DNA from: Dehalococcoidia bacterium UBA5620
Lineage (GTDB): Bacteria > Chloroflexota > Dehalococcoidia > GIF9 > UBA5629
Direction of reading: 5' to 3'
Assembly: GCA_002423605.1 (NCBI GenBank)
Contig: DIKK01000028.1
Span: forward strand, 177,097-241,096
DNA: 64,000 bases
The position numbers and the translations under genes were made by a program. Positions within the stretch are counted from its first letter, which is position 1. Each line of letters starts with the position of its first letter. Shown here piece by piece: positions 10,447 through 20,984 of this stretch. The notes under the pieces were generated by a model, which saw nothing but the letters and a program-made list of their open reading frames with translations, did not search any database and was not told where the DNA came from.

Positions 10447-11589
10447 ATGATGAAAAAGATAATTATCATTCTGTTGTTATTAAGTATGACACTAAGCCTG
10501 ACTAGCTGCATAATGCCACTATTGCCAAAAATAACTTCACCAGCCCCAACGCCTCAGCAGCCAACCACTCCCCCAACCAATGCCACTCCCCCAAAACCGA
10601 TAGACCCAACATGGTCACTACCCTCTACGGCAAACACGATACCACAACTGCCAAGCATTGCCGACGTGGTGGAGAAACTATATCCATCAGTGGTGACCAT
10701 AGCGACTGAATCCGTTGCCTTAGATTTTTTCAATACACCCAGAACACAATCCGGTGCTGGCTCAGGATGGATAATAGACAAAAACGGCATCGTCGTAACC
10801 AACAACCATGTGGTCGAAGGAGCAAAAAAGATCACTGTAAAATTATCAGACGGGAGAACATTTCAAGTTGGCCCAGAAAATGTGTACCGCGACCCTTTTG
10901 CAGATCTGGCTGTAGTTAAAATAGATTCCTCAAACTTGCCTGCTGCCAGCGTTGATGACTCGGCAAAGTTGAGGGTCGGTGATTGGGTAGTAGCCATCGG
11001 CAACCCTTTGGGCCTGGGACTAAGAGCTAAAGAAGGCATCGTCAGCGGCCTAAAGGTATCTCTGCCTGTAGACCAGGGGCAAACTTTGGATGACCTTATT
11101 GAGACCTCTGCCGCTATCAACCCGGGCAACAGCGGCGGTCCTTTAGCAAACATGGCTGGGCAAGTCATTGGCATTACCAGTGCCAAAATTGCTGACGTTG
11201 GCATTGAAGGCCTAGGATATGCCATTAGCTCTCAAACAGCCATGCCTATAATCCAACAACTGATATCAAGGGGTTACGTGATACGCCCTGACCTTGGTGT
11301 ATCTCTGTACACCGTTGATCAATACGTCGCCATGATGAACCGCCTGTCAGTCGATAAGGGCGCAATCATTACGCGCTTTGCACCCAGCAGCCCTGCCCTA
11401 GCTGCAGGGCTACAACGGCTTGATATAATTGTTGGCTTCAATGACAAAGAGATCACTACCGCAGGGGAATTGATACAGGCCTATCATTCTTCACAAATTG
11501 GCGAGGAGGTCAAGATAACATTTATCAGGGGCCAGAATACTATGGTAACACACGTCCGCCTTGCAGCAAGCCAACCACCGACCATGTAA
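10447..11589 (+). CDS. HtrA/DegP-like serine protease with PDZ domain, lipoprotein
   Basis: Lipobox LTSC; TNNHV, DLAV and AINPGNSGGPL triad motifs; C-terminal PDZ. Confidence 0.95.
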   Translation: MMKKIIIILLLLSMTLSLTSCIMPLLPKITSPAPTPQQPTTPPTNATPPKPIDPTWSLPSTANTIPQLPSIADVVEKLYPSVVTIATESVALDFFNTPRTQSGAGSGWIIDKNGIVVTNNHVVEGAKKITVKLSDGRTFQVGPENVYRDPFADLAVVKIDSSNLPAASVDDSAKLRVGDWVVAIGNPLGLGLRAKEGIVSGLKVSLPVDQGQTLDDLIETSAAINPGNSGGPLANMAGQVIGITSAKIADVGIEGLGYAISSQTAMPIIQQLISRGYVIRPDLGVSLYTVDQYVAMMNRLSVDKGAIITRFAPSSPALAAGLQRLDIIVGFNDKEITTAGELIQAYHSSQIGEEVKITFIRGQNTMVTHVRLAASQPPTM

Positions 11590-11609
11590 TCCGGCTGCTA
11601 TGAGCAACC

Positions 11610-14600
11610 CTAACTGGCTTCTTTTTTGATACCGACGACGACTTCAGAACCAGAGAGACGGTACTTCTCAATATGACTGCCGGCAGGTGGTGGCTCCTTT
11701 ATTAACTGCCGGGACAAAGTCTCCTGCTTGATATAGTCTGCGAAATCGGACATCGCCTGATTTAACGAATCACCGCCCTGGTAATAGATAACAATATGAT
11801 CGGCTATCTCCAATCCGGCCGAGCGCCGCATAGTTTGTAGATGTCGCACTACCTCACGAGCTATCCCTTCAGCCACGAGATCCGGGGTCAATTCGGTAAC
11901 CACTGCCACCCAGGTGTCTCCCTCCTCAGCAATCGAATAACCCGGTATATCCCCATTCACCCTTTTATCAATCAATTCAATCTCTTTGACATTTAATTCA
12001 TCGACTATCTGGGAAGTCAAACACTGCAAGCCATCTTTTGCCGTATTCGACCTGGCATCCACCAATACCAATGCCTTAGCCAAAGGTTGACGCACCTTTA
12101 TACCTGCTTTAGCACGAGCAGCACGCCCCAGACTGCAAACTGTCATAGCCAAGCTAGTCGCTTCAACCAGCTTTTCATCCACCTGACCCAGATCAGCTAC
12201 CGGAAAATCAGCCAAGTGCACGCTTTCCACCGCTTCAGAATCAATAGAGCATACCAGGTTTTGATACATATCCTCAGCAACAAACGGAGCTAGAGGAGCC
12301 AGGAGTTTAGATAAAGTGACCAAACAGTTATAAAGTGTAGCATACGCCGCTACCTTATCTGAATCGCTCTGGCTCTTCCAAAAACGGCGACGGCTACGCC
12401 TCACATACCAGTTGGAAAGCTCCTCCACAAAGGCTTCAATCTTGCGCCCTGCCGTGGTGGGGTCATATCCCTCCAATGATTTATCCACATCTGCTATAAG
12501 CTCATTGAGCCGCGATAATACCCACCTATCTAATTCAGTTAGCGATGGTGCTGCTGGAGCTCTGGGGTCGAAATTATCGATATTAGCGTAAAGCACAAAA
12601 AAGCTATATGTATTCCACAGCGTAAGTAGGAAATTACGTTGCACCTCAGCCACCATATCGCTGGAGAAACGGCGTACGTTGCCAGCCGGTGAAGTCGTAA
12701 ACAGATACCAGCGCGTAGCATCAGCACCGTACTTATCCAATACTAACCAGGGGTCAACAACATTTCCCCTGGCCTTGCTCATTTTCTCGCCCTGTGCATC
12801 CAAAATATGCCCCAGGCAGATCACATTCCTGAAACAAGGCCGCCCCAGAAGCAAGGTAGATATAGCATGTAAGCTATAGAACCAACCTCGAGTTTGATCC
12901 ACAGCCTCACATATAAAATCAGCAGGGAAACTCTGCTTGAATTTGTCTTGGTTTTCAAAAGGATAGTGCCACTGAGCAAAGGGCATAGCTCCCGAGTCAA
13001 ACCAGCAATCTATGACCTCCGATTGCCGCCCCATCTTACCACCACATTTGGAACAGGCAAAGGTTATGCCGTCTACAAAAGGACGATGCAAGTCCAATGG
13101 TTCTACCAGGCCAGCCACGTCTGGCTTCGACTTCATCTCCTCTATACTTCCCACGCACTCATAATTGCCACATTTCAAGCAATTCCAGATATTAAGCGGC
13201 GTTCCCCAATAACGTTCCCGAGAAAAAGCCCAGTCGATGTTATTTTCCAGCCAATCACCAAAACGGCCATACTTGATATGTGCCGGATACCAATTAATCT
13301 CAGCATTACCGGCAATAAGTGCTTCTTTACTAAGGGATGTCCTTATATACCAGCTTCTCTTGGCATAGTAGACCAGCGGCGAATCACAACGCCAGCAGAA
13401 TGGATACGTATGAGTTATGCGCCCACTCCTATAAAGCAGCCCCCTCGATCTCAAATCATCCAGTACGAAGGGGTCAGCATCTTTAACAAACTTGCCTGCG
13501 AAGGAATAGGTACCAGCGACTTTCCCTTCCAAGTCCACAGGCTGGACAAAATCTAATCCCATGTTTTTGCCAGCTTCGAAATCAACTTCACCGAAAGCCG
13601 GGGCGATATGCACAATACCAGTCCCTTCCTCCATCGAAACAAAGTCAGCGGTAACCACCGGGTATGTCAGGTTAGCATCAGCCGGTCGCAGAGCCAACAT
13701 TTCATACGAGAAGCCTTCCTGTCCACTGCCAACGCAAAAGTTCTTCCGTTCCACGCCGAAAGCATGAGGATTAAACAGAGGCTCATACTTGAGCCCAGCT
13801 AGATCTTTGCCAAGAACAGAGATTTGGCGTTCATAACCTTCCAGCCTGACTTTATCCATCAGCGCTGAGGCAAGGATTATATACTCCTCACTCCCCTCCA
13901 TAACAGTATACTCTACCTCTGGAGCCACAGCTAAAGCCGTGTTCCCCGGCAACGTCCAGGGCGTCGTCGTCCAAGCTAACAAGAAAACGGGCTTATCTGT
14001 TCCAGATAGAGCAATACTAAGCTTAAAGTCATTCACGGAGCTATGAATAAGCTTGAACTTTATGTATGCTGATGGGTCTTCAGCATCATCTTTATATCCC
14101 AGAGCGACTTCATGTGAGCTCAGTGATGTACCGCATCTAGGGCAATGTGGAGTAACCTTATAACCAAGATAGACCAGTCCCTTATCCCATAGTTGCTTTA
14201 ATATCCACCAGCAAGATTCAATATAGCTATTTTCCAGGGTTATATAAGGATGCTCTAAATCCAGCCAAAAACCGATGCGCTCGGTCATCGCCACCCATTC
14301 TTTAAGATACTTGAACACACTTTCCCTGCAATGCGCATTGAATTGGGCAACCCCATATTTTTCAATTTGTGTTTTACTGGTGATGCCCAGCGTTTTTTCT
14401 ACCTCGAGCTCTACCGGTAATCCATGCGTATCCCACCCACCCTTACGTGGAACATAATAGCCTTTCATCGCTCTGTGGCGCGGGATGACGTCCTTAAACA
14501 CACGGGACAAAACATGGTGAACGCCGGGATTGCCGTTAGCAGTCGGCGGGCCTTCATAGAGCGTAAACTGGATGGCACCCTTTCTGGATTCCACACTCTT

Positions 14601-14687
14601 TTCAAAAATGCGGCGCTCTTTCCAGAATGCAAGAACTTGCTTTTCTAAATGTGGAAAATTGACCTTGCTGGTTATTGGACGGAACAT
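11610..14687 (-). CDS. ileS: Isoleucine--tRNA ligase (type 2)
   Basis: GPPTANG.PGVHH, GWDTHGLP, WTTTPWTLP, SRERYWGTP, KMSK. Confidence 0.97.
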   Translation of the reverse strand: MFRPITSKVNFPHLEKQVLAFWKERRIFEKSVESRKGAIQFTLYEGPPTANGNPGVHHVLSRVFKDVIPRHRAMKGYYVPRKGGWDTHGLPVELEVEKTLGITSKTQIEKYGVAQFNAHCRESVFKYLKEWVAMTERIGFWLDLEHPYITLENSYIESCWWILKQLWDKGLVYLGYKVTPHCPRCGTSLSSHEVALGYKDDAEDPSAYIKFKLIHSSVNDFKLSIALSGTDKPVFLLAWTTTPWTLPGNTALAVAPEVEYTVMEGSEEYIILASALMDKVRLEGYERQISVLGKDLAGLKYEPLFNPHAFGVERKNFCVGSGQEGFSYEMLALRPADANLTYPVVTADFVSMEEGTGIVHIAPAFGEVDFEAGKNMGLDFVQPVDLEGKVAGTYSFAGKFVKDADPFVLDDLRSRGLLYRSGRITHTYPFCWRCDSPLVYYAKRSWYIRTSLSKEALIAGNAEINWYPAHIKYGRFGDWLENNIDWAFSRERYWGTPLNIWNCLKCGNYECVGSIEEMKSKPDVAGLVEPLDLHRPFVDGITFACSKCGGKMGRQSEVIDCWFDSGAMPFAQWHYPFENQDKFKQSFPADFICEAVDQTRGWFYSLHAISTLLLGRPCFRNVICLGHILDAQGEKMSKARGNVVDPWLVLDKYGADATRWYLFTTSPAGNVRRFSSDMVAEVQRNFLLTLWNTYSFFVLYANIDNFDPRAPAAPSLTELDRWVLSRLNELIADVDKSLEGYDPTTAGRKIEAFVEELSNWYVRRSRRRFWKSQSDSDKVAAYATLYNCLVTLSKLLAPLAPFVAEDMYQNLVCSIDSEAVESVHLADFPVADLGQVDEKLVEATSLAMTVCSLGRAARAKAGIKVRQPLAKALVLVDARSNTAKDGLQCLTSQIVDELNVKEIELIDKRVNGDIPGYSIAEEGDTWVAVVTELTPDLVAEGIAREVVRHLQTMRRSAGLEIADHIVIYYQGGDSLNQAMSDFADYIKQETLSRQLIKEPPPAGSHIEKYRLSGSEVVVGIKKEAS

Positions 14688-14689
14688 AT

Positions 14690-15337
14690 CTAGCGCTTTT
14701 TTACCATGACAGCTACCTTCCGCATCTCGCCTTCACCCATGCTTTGAGTAGCCACATCGGGATGACTGGCCAGTGTTATATGAACAATACGACGCTCGTC
14801 GGCAGGCATAGGCTCAAGAGTCAACATGCGTTGACTTCGCTTTACCTGCTCCGCTACACGCAAAGCCAGATTACGCAAAGAATCATAACGACGCTTCTTG
14901 TAGCCGGCGACGTCGATGTTGAACGGTACCCACATCTTGGATTTCTCAGCAACTATAAGCCTGACAATATACTGTAGGGACGTTAATGTTTGCCCATGTC
15001 GACCGATTAAAATGCCTAAGTCGTCACCCTCAACATCTAAAGTCACAAGCAGCGAGTCAGTTTCACTCTTGCCCGTAGTAACTTTTGCCGATAATCCCAT
15101 AAACTCGATAATCTTATCAAGCACCTCTCTCGCCATTTTAACCACGTCACCATTCCCATTTTTCTCTGCCAAGAGCTTTACTTTTACCTTGGCATCCTCT
15201 GAGCCCATCCCCAACAGTCCAAGCCTGCCTTTATTCAAGACAACGACTTCCACCTGGTCATTTTCTACTCCCAGTTGCTCCAAAGCTGTCTGAATAGCCT
15301 CGTCAACTGTTTTAGCACTTATTTCTATTTCTTCCAT
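14690..15337 (-). CDS. jag: Jag/EloR RNA-binding protein (KH and R3H)
   Basis: AKTVDEAI, LIGRHGQTL, PMPADERRIVH, GEGEMRKV. Confidence 0.95.
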   Translation of the reverse strand: MEEIEISAKTVDEAIQTALEQLGVENDQVEVVVLNKGRLGLLGMGSEDAKVKVKLLAEKNGNGDVVKMAREVLDKIIEFMGLSAKVTTGKSETDSLLVTLDVEGDDLGILIGRHGQTLTSLQYIVRLIVAEKSKMWVPFNIDVAGYKKRRYDSLRNLALRVAEQVKRSQRMLTLEPMPADERRIVHITLASHPDVATQSMGEGEMRKVAVMVKKR

Positions 15338-16194
15338 TACCTGAAAAGACCCTTTTTCTCTCCGGATGCTTTTTTGATCGTCTGGGACTGCTCCTCCGCC
15401 TTCTTCGCTGTTTTGGTCTGCTCTTCTAATTGAGGCGGTTTCTGAGCTGGTACCGGTTTTGGAGTAAGCAAGTAACCCCAGCCACCACTCACAAAATACT
15501 GAATTATTATGCCGATGCTATTTGAAACCGCCCAATACAAAGCGAGTCCGCTCGGAAAGGATAGTGTAAGCATACCAAACATAAGCGGCATCATCATCGT
15601 AGTCATGCTGGTCATAGATTGTTGTCTGGGGTCAGTAGTCGGCGGCGTAACCATTTTTTGCTGCAGCCACATACTGCCACCTACTAGAATTGCCAAAATC
15701 AAATTGGGGTCTGGCCGCGATAATCGCAACCAGAGAAATTGCTCGTTAAGAGGAACAGCCTGGCTCACTGCCGGCCAGGCATAGAGATGTTGAGATAAAC
15801 CCAACAGGTTCTCAGGTGTAGTCGCCATCGCCTGCATAATGGACTGATAAAGCGCAATCCAGATAGGCAACTGGATGACCATAGGCCAAAGACAGCCCAA
15901 TGGATTCACCCCTGCCTCTTTGTACAACTTCACCATCTCTTGCTGCAGATGTTGCTGGTTGCGAGCATATTTCTTCTGGAGCTCTTGAATCTTAGGCTGC
16001 AGCGATTGCATTGCTTTGGTAGACCGGGTCTGTTTTACAGTGAGAGGAAACAGTATGAGACGCACAACAACAGTGAGGACGATGATTGCCCAGCCAAAAT
16101 TGTTACCTAGATAGGTAGACAAGGCAATCAAACTATTAAGGACGGGGTCGAAGATAACCGTATTCCAAATAATTGAAATATCCATTATAATCAA
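15337..16194 (-). CDS. yidC: Membrane protein insertase YidC (short form)
   Basis: GWAIIVLTVVVRLILFPL, LQPKIQELQKKY, NPLGCLWP, PSGLALYW. Confidence 0.95.
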   Translation of the reverse strand: MIIMDISIIWNTVIFDPVLNSLIALSTYLGNNFGWAIIVLTVVVRLILFPLTVKQTRSTKAMQSLQPKIQELQKKYARNQQHLQQEMVKLYKEAGVNPLGCLWPMVIQLPIWIALYQSIMQAMATTPENLLGLSQHLYAWPAVSQAVPLNEQFLWLRLSRPDPNLILAILVGGSMWLQQKMVTPPTTDPRQQSMTSMTTMMMPLMFGMLTLSFPSGLALYWAVSNSIGIIIQYFVSGGWGYLLTPKPVPAQKPPQLEEQTKTAKKAEEQSQTIKKASGEKKGLFR

Positions 16195-16197
16195 ACT

Positions 16198-17415
16198 CTA
16201 CTTATTAACTATCACTGACGAAAATTTCCAGGCTATTTGTCCATCCTGTAAGTCGATGCAATAGACATTCCTGTCCCGGGCATGGATATAAACATTGTTG
16301 CCATCAGCATAGATCGGAGCCATTACCTTAGAATCAATAGACACGGTTTTTACCATCGTCCCTTTGGCTGCATCCAGTATATACAGGCTGCCCGATTCAG
16401 AACATATCACCAGGGAATTCCCCACCAGCACTGGAGGCGCAACAAAAGAGCTGTCACCCTCGAATCTCCATAGCTCATTGCCTGTACTGGTCTCAATGGC
16501 ATAAACTCTGTGGTCCAGACAACCAACATAGGCAATATTATCCTTAACCACCGAATTTGCCCAAAACCAGCCATCTCCCTTAAACTTCCACCTTTCTTTA
16601 CCATCAGAGATACTAACACCATAAAGATAATTGTCAAAAGCGCCAAAAACGATATTGTCTCCTGATACTACGGGGGATGAAGCTATGGCTACAGGAAATT
16701 CGACTTGCCACAATAATTTACCAGTTTCACTGGAAATAGCACAAATCTTCTTGGCAAAATTACTGACATAGACAATCCCATCGCTCACGGACGGGGCTGT
16801 CCAAATTTTACCGCCGGTATCGAAGGCCCATCTTTCGTCCCCCTTAACCGCGTCTAATGCATAGAGCTTACCGTCAGAGCTGCCGACATAAAGAGTGTCT
16901 TTAACCACTATTGGGCTACCAACAACAGCCCCAATAAACTTTCCTTCTTTCCGTGGATAAAACCATTCTCCCTCAATCCATGACGGGATACCTTCTTCAT
17001 CATAACCAGGAGCCGACCTATTTATGGCCATCACCTTGCCATTATCCCCAGCATATGTAGCTACATAGACCAGGTCCTCTGCTATCACCGGAGTAGCATA
17101 TACAGCCGCTGGGTGCGCTGCCGGAGCGCAAGCCGGACCACATATCGAACCGCTAGGAGCAGTCTGAGAGCGGACAGTAACTACCCACTCACCTTCGCTG
17201 GGGAAAGGCAAGTTCATGCTTCGCGCAGAGACATTTAAGGCAATGACTTTCCCATCTATCGAAGTAAAATACAGCTTTCCCTCAGAGCCAGCAAACCCTG
17301 ACCATCCTTGAACAGCTGGCGCGGAACAGCCCAGTGCAGGCAAGAAAAGAATAGCTGCTAAACACAGCAAGACAATTAGGTCTGTTGATCTGTTTGAGAA
17401 GAATCTGAGTTTCAC
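16198..17415 (-). CDS. PQQ-like beta-propeller (BamB-like) lipoprotein
   Basis: Lipobox ALGC; repeated SP..DGxVYxG..DG.LYAxD..TG..xW blades. Confidence 0.88.
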   Translation of the reverse strand: MKLRFFSNRSTDLIVLLCLAAILFLPALGCSAPAVQGWSGFAGSEGKLYFTSIDGKVIALNVSARSMNLPFPSEGEWVVTVRSQTAPSGSICGPACAPAAHPAAVYATPVIAEDLVYVATYAGDNGKVMAINRSAPGYDEEGIPSWIEGEWFYPRKEGKFIGAVVGSPIVVKDTLYVGSSDGKLYALDAVKGDERWAFDTGGKIWTAPSVSDGIVYVSNFAKKICAISSETGKLLWQVEFPVAIASSPVVSGDNIVFGAFDNYLYGVSISDGKERWKFKGDGWFWANSVVKDNIAYVGCLDHRVYAIETSTGNELWRFEGDSSFVAPPVLVGNSLVICSESGSLYILDAAKGTMVKTVSIDSKVMAPIYADGNNVYIHARDRNVYCIDLQDGQIAWKFSSVIVNK

Positions 17416-17448
17416 TTTACGATACTTCCATTGTTTTGCTTACTAAAA

Positions 17449-17658
17449 CTATGGTACCGGGTCATAACCGCCGGCAGACCAGGGATGACATCGGCCTATA
17501 CGTTTGGTTGCCAACCAGCTACCCCTAACCAATCCATATTTCGCTATTGCCTCCACAGCATAATGAGAACAGGTGGGAGTAAACCGGCACGAAGGCGGAG
17601 TAACCTGCGATATTGTAAATTGATACAATTTAATCAACCCTATTGCCATTTTTTTCAT
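17449..17658 (-). CDS. yidD: Membrane protein insertion efficiency factor YidD
   Basis: [11 protein letters not shown]...[17 protein letters not shown]. Confidence 0.96.
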   Translation of the reverse strand: MKKMAIGLIKLYQFTISQVTPPSCRFTPTCSHYAVEAIAKYGLVRGSWLATKRIGRCHPWSAGGYDPVP

Positions 17659-17992
17659 CTTTGTCTTGCAATAAACACACTCGGCCTAGCAATCTACTTA
17701 TTGACCCATCGAGCTGATGATAATCAGCGGTTGCTGCGCTGGGGCGAGATACAAAAACTATATCCCAGCCCGGTCTCAATGATTTCAAGCGTACTATCTC
17801 TCTCAATAAACGCCGCACCCGATTACGTACTACTGCTTTACCTACGCTCTTAGTTACCGAGAAGCCATACCTGCTTAATTTCAGGCCATTGGGCAATGCT
17901 TTCATCCATATAAGATCGCCTCCCCAAGACTTACCTGATTTGTAAACTGCCACATACTGAGTCCTGCTTGTCAAAGCCCATTCTCGCGACAT
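17630..17992 (-). CDS. rnpA: Ribonuclease P protein component
   Basis: [23 protein letters not shown]. Confidence 0.96.
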   Translation of the reverse strand: MSREWALTSRTQYVAVYKSGKSWGGDLIWMKALPNGLKLSRYGFSVTKSVGKAVVRNRVRRLLREIVRLKSLRPGWDIVFVSRPSAATADYHQLDGSISRLLGRVCLLQDKDEKNGNRVD

Positions 17993-17996
17993 GGTA

Positions 17997-18137
17997 CTAG
18001 ACTGGCGTTAACCGCCATCGGCCTTTGAGCCGCCTTGATTTCAAAACTGCCTTGCCACCAGCGGTAGCCACTCTGGCTCGATATCCATGTGTACGCCTTC
18101 TCTTTATCTTTTTAGGCTGATATGTCCGTTTTGGCAT
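17997..18137 (-). CDS. rpmH: 50S ribosomal protein L34 (absent from the ORF track)
   Basis: Manual translation [46 protein letters not shown]; TAATG overlap with rpsR. Confidence 0.97.
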   Translation of the reverse strand: MPKRTYQPKKIKRRRTHGYRARVATAGGKAVLKSRRLKGRWRLTPV

Positions 18138-18451
18138 TACGACTCTTTCCTCAGCATCTGTGGCTCTCCACTAAAACTACCCAGCCGCTGAACATGGTCT
18201 GGTGTAGAAGGAAGTAAAGCTAAATATCGAGCCCGCTTAATAGCCAATGCCAAGCGCCTTTGATGCTTAGCGCAGACACCCGTCCGACGGCGCGGTTGAA
18301 TCTTACCTCGATCAGACACATAACGCCGCAATCGGGCAATATCCTTATAATCTATTTTAGCTTTCTCGGCACAAAAAGCACATACCTTAGGCTTAAAAGC
18401 AAATCGGCGCGGCCTGTCTCTTCCAGTTCTTGCCATTTCGCCTTGCGCCAT
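18137..18451 (-). CDS. rpsR: 30S ribosomal protein S18 (zinc-binding type)
   Basis: CAFC...IDYKD...[17 protein letters not shown]. Confidence 0.96.
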   Translation of the reverse strand: MAQGEMARTGRDRPRRFAFKPKVCAFCAEKAKIDYKDIARLRRYVSDRGKIQPRRRTGVCAKHQRRLALAIKRARYLALLPSTPDHVQRLGSFSGEPQMLRKES

Positions 18452-18489
18452 TGTTCCTCATTGCCTCCTTATCTTAATTCAATCAAATC

Positions 18490-18900
18490 CTAGAAGGGTA
18501 AATCTTCAGGCTCTACCTCATCTTCGATAGGTTCCACCGCAGGCTCCTCGCTGGGTGGAGCAGCCGCAGTTTGCCTGTCCAAGAATAATACTCTGTTAGC
18601 TATCACTTCAATATTAGTGCGCTTCTGCCCATCTCTCCCCTCCCAAGCACGCGTACGCAAGCTACCCTCAACATAAACTCGCTGTCCCTTGGTCAAAAAC
18701 TGGCTGCAACTCTCAGCTTGTTTTCTCCAGGCCACAACAGTGAACCATTCCGTCTCCTGTTTACGCTCGCCATCACCTGTGGTATACACACGGCTGGTGG
18801 CAACTCTAAAGGAAGTAACCGGGGTGCCACTTGGAGTATATCGCATCTCAGGGTCAGTGCCAACATTAGCTATCAGCATCACCCTATTCAGACTTGCCAT
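18490..18900 (-). CDS. ssb: Single-stranded DNA-binding protein
   Basis: LNRVMLIANVGTDPE...VYVEGSL; acidic DLPF tail. Confidence 0.97.
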   Translation of the reverse strand: MASLNRVMLIANVGTDPEMRYTPSGTPVTSFRVATSRVYTTGDGERKQETEWFTVVAWRKQAESCSQFLTKGQRVYVEGSLRTRAWEGRDGQKRTNIEVIANRVLFLDRQTAAAPPSEEPAVEPIEDEVEPEDLPF

Positions 18901-18915
18901 ATGACCCTCCCCAGC

Positions 18916-19224
18916 TTATTCTGCTGCTCGTACTAGCAGATGACGCAACACATCGCCAGACATGCGCAAACTGGAGTCTAATTCCTTAATAGAAGCCGGC
19001 TTTAATTCAACCTTCGCCAGCACATAGTTACCTTCGGTGAAGCGTTTTATAGGGTAAGTTAGCTTCTTTTTCCCCCACTGACTCACTTCCAGGACACTAC
19101 CACCCAACCGGCCGATCATCTCGCTCACCTTGTTTACACTATTAACTACTTCATCATCAGCCACCTCAGGACTAACAATGAACACCAACTCATAACTCGT
19201 CATTCTACCACCTTTAGGAACCAA
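18916..19224 (-). CDS. rpsF: 30S ribosomal protein S6
   Basis: YELVFIVSP, WGKKKLTYPI, VLRHLLVR. The start may be the second Met. Confidence 0.97.
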   Translation of the reverse strand: MVPKGGRMTSYELVFIVSPEVADDEVVNSVNKVSEMIGRLGGSVLEVSQWGKKKLTYPIKRFTEGNYVLAKVELKPASIKELDSSLRMSGDVLRHLLVRAAE

Positions 19225-19317
19225 AAGTGGGCTTATTATAACACATGATAGGAATCAGCAACAACCGCTATCTGTAACCATGCCTGATTTTGCATTAGCA
19301 CTAGCATAGAAGATATG

Positions 19318-19813
19318 CCCACCAGATCAATATACTAATATCAGCTTTCACAGCATAAATGCTGCAAACATGGATTTCACCAATGAGTTCGATGTGGTTT
19401 CCTCTAATGCCACACTCCATTGGATAAAAACTACCTACCCATCTTGCGGGGTATATATCGTGCTCTCAAACACTGTGGTGCTACTCCAAATGGGAGGCAA
19501 AGACAATGCTATGGGAATGATAAAGGCTGCATTGCAGGCTACAGACTATGGCTTAAGGAAGCCTGCTTGCGCCCCAATCGGCTGGAATTATTGCCAAAAG
19601 ATATGACACAACTAGGACAAGAGGGACTAGCATATGGATACGTACTACATGGTTGCCATTTACACTAGAGAGTGCCGGAAGATTTACGCTATGAGTTCAT
19701 AACACACGTAGTCGACTTGTTTGCTCAAGAACATCCCTTAGCCAACGATGGGGTTTTACATATAGCGATGGTAAGATCTAGAAGTAGAGGCAGAAAAACC
19801 AGACCTCGATTAG
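19318..19813 (+). pseudogene. Degraded class I SAM-dependent methyltransferase (Tam-like)
   Basis: Fragments PPDQYTNISFHSINAANMDFTNEFDVVSSNATLHWIK / LPILRGIYRALK / LLQMGGKDNA / WIRTTWLPFT / VPEDLRYEFI..., in shifting frames. Confidence 0.75.
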
Positions 19814-19825
19814 AGGAGTGAAGAT

Positions 19826-20830
19826 TTGGAGATTGGCATAATCCGCTTGCCCAAAAGCGGCAAGACAACGATTTCCAATACCTTGACCAGAGGCAAAGCT
19901 GAAACAGCCGCTTATGCCCCGGCTGCGTTAGTACCTAACATCGGAATCGCCAAGGTACAAGACCAAAGACTCCGTAAATTGGAGGAGATTTTACAACCTA
20001 GGAAAGTAACGCCTGCCGAAGTAAAATACGTTGACATCGCTGCTGCCACTAGGGGTTTTGACAAGAACGTTGAAATAAGTGAGCACCTTATTAACCACCT
20101 CAGCAACGCTAATGCACTCTTGTACGCTGCCAGGGCATTCGAGAGTGAGAATATCCCTCACATTGAAGCCAGCATCAACCCCAACGCGACATAGCCACCA
20201 TGGATATGGAGTTGGTTTTCTCCGACCTTGCCATAATTGGAAGGAGACTTAGCCGACTTGAGACTACGTTTAAGGGAGCCAAACCTGCAGAACGAGATCT
20301 GCTCCTGAAGGGGGTGGCCTCAAAGAGATTCAGGCAGGGCCGAAGAAAGATATACCCATCTGGAATCAAAGATTGAGTGTTCAAGAAATCAGAAGCCTCT
20401 CCAATTATCAGTTTCTCACCGCCAAACCTATACTGGTAATCATCAACATAGCGGAGAACCAAATAGCGCAGGCGGCAGCTTTAGATGCTGAAGCTGAAGA
20501 ATTTCACAGGGTGCTTGGCCTCAATGAACCTGCACTAGAGCATGTAATACAGCTGTCATATCATCTTCTGGGCTTGATTTCATTCTTTACTACTGTATCG
20601 CCGAACTAAAGGCATGGACAATATCCAGCGGCACTACAGCCTTACAAGCTGCCGGCAAGATCCATTCCGACATTGAAAAAGGCTTTATTCGAGCCGAAGT
20701 GGTAAGCTTTCATGACCTAGAAAAATGCGGCAGCCTGGCTCAAGCACGGAAACAAGGTCTGCTCAGATTAGAAGGCAAAAACTATATAGTGCAGGATGGA
20801 GATATAATCACATTCCTCTTCAATGTCTGA
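19826..20830 (+). pseudogene. ychF: YchF ATPase pseudogene
   Basis: IGII(R)[71 protein letters not shown]; at least three frame breaks. Confidence 0.92.
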
Positions 20831-20984
20831 ATCCGGTATACGATAAACAATCCTTCAAAACACTGGCAATTTCACCAGCAGAGTTCAGGAGTACTACTAC
20901 CGCCAAGCAGGTTCGCTTCAAGATATCCCAATCAAATGGTATAATATCCACGTACTTCGACATTCAAATTAACCAAGGAGATTT

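Noticed and set aside
19295-19321. CIRCE-like half-site TTAGCACTA
   Set aside because: No matching second half-site at N9 spacing, and not upstream of a heat-shock gene.
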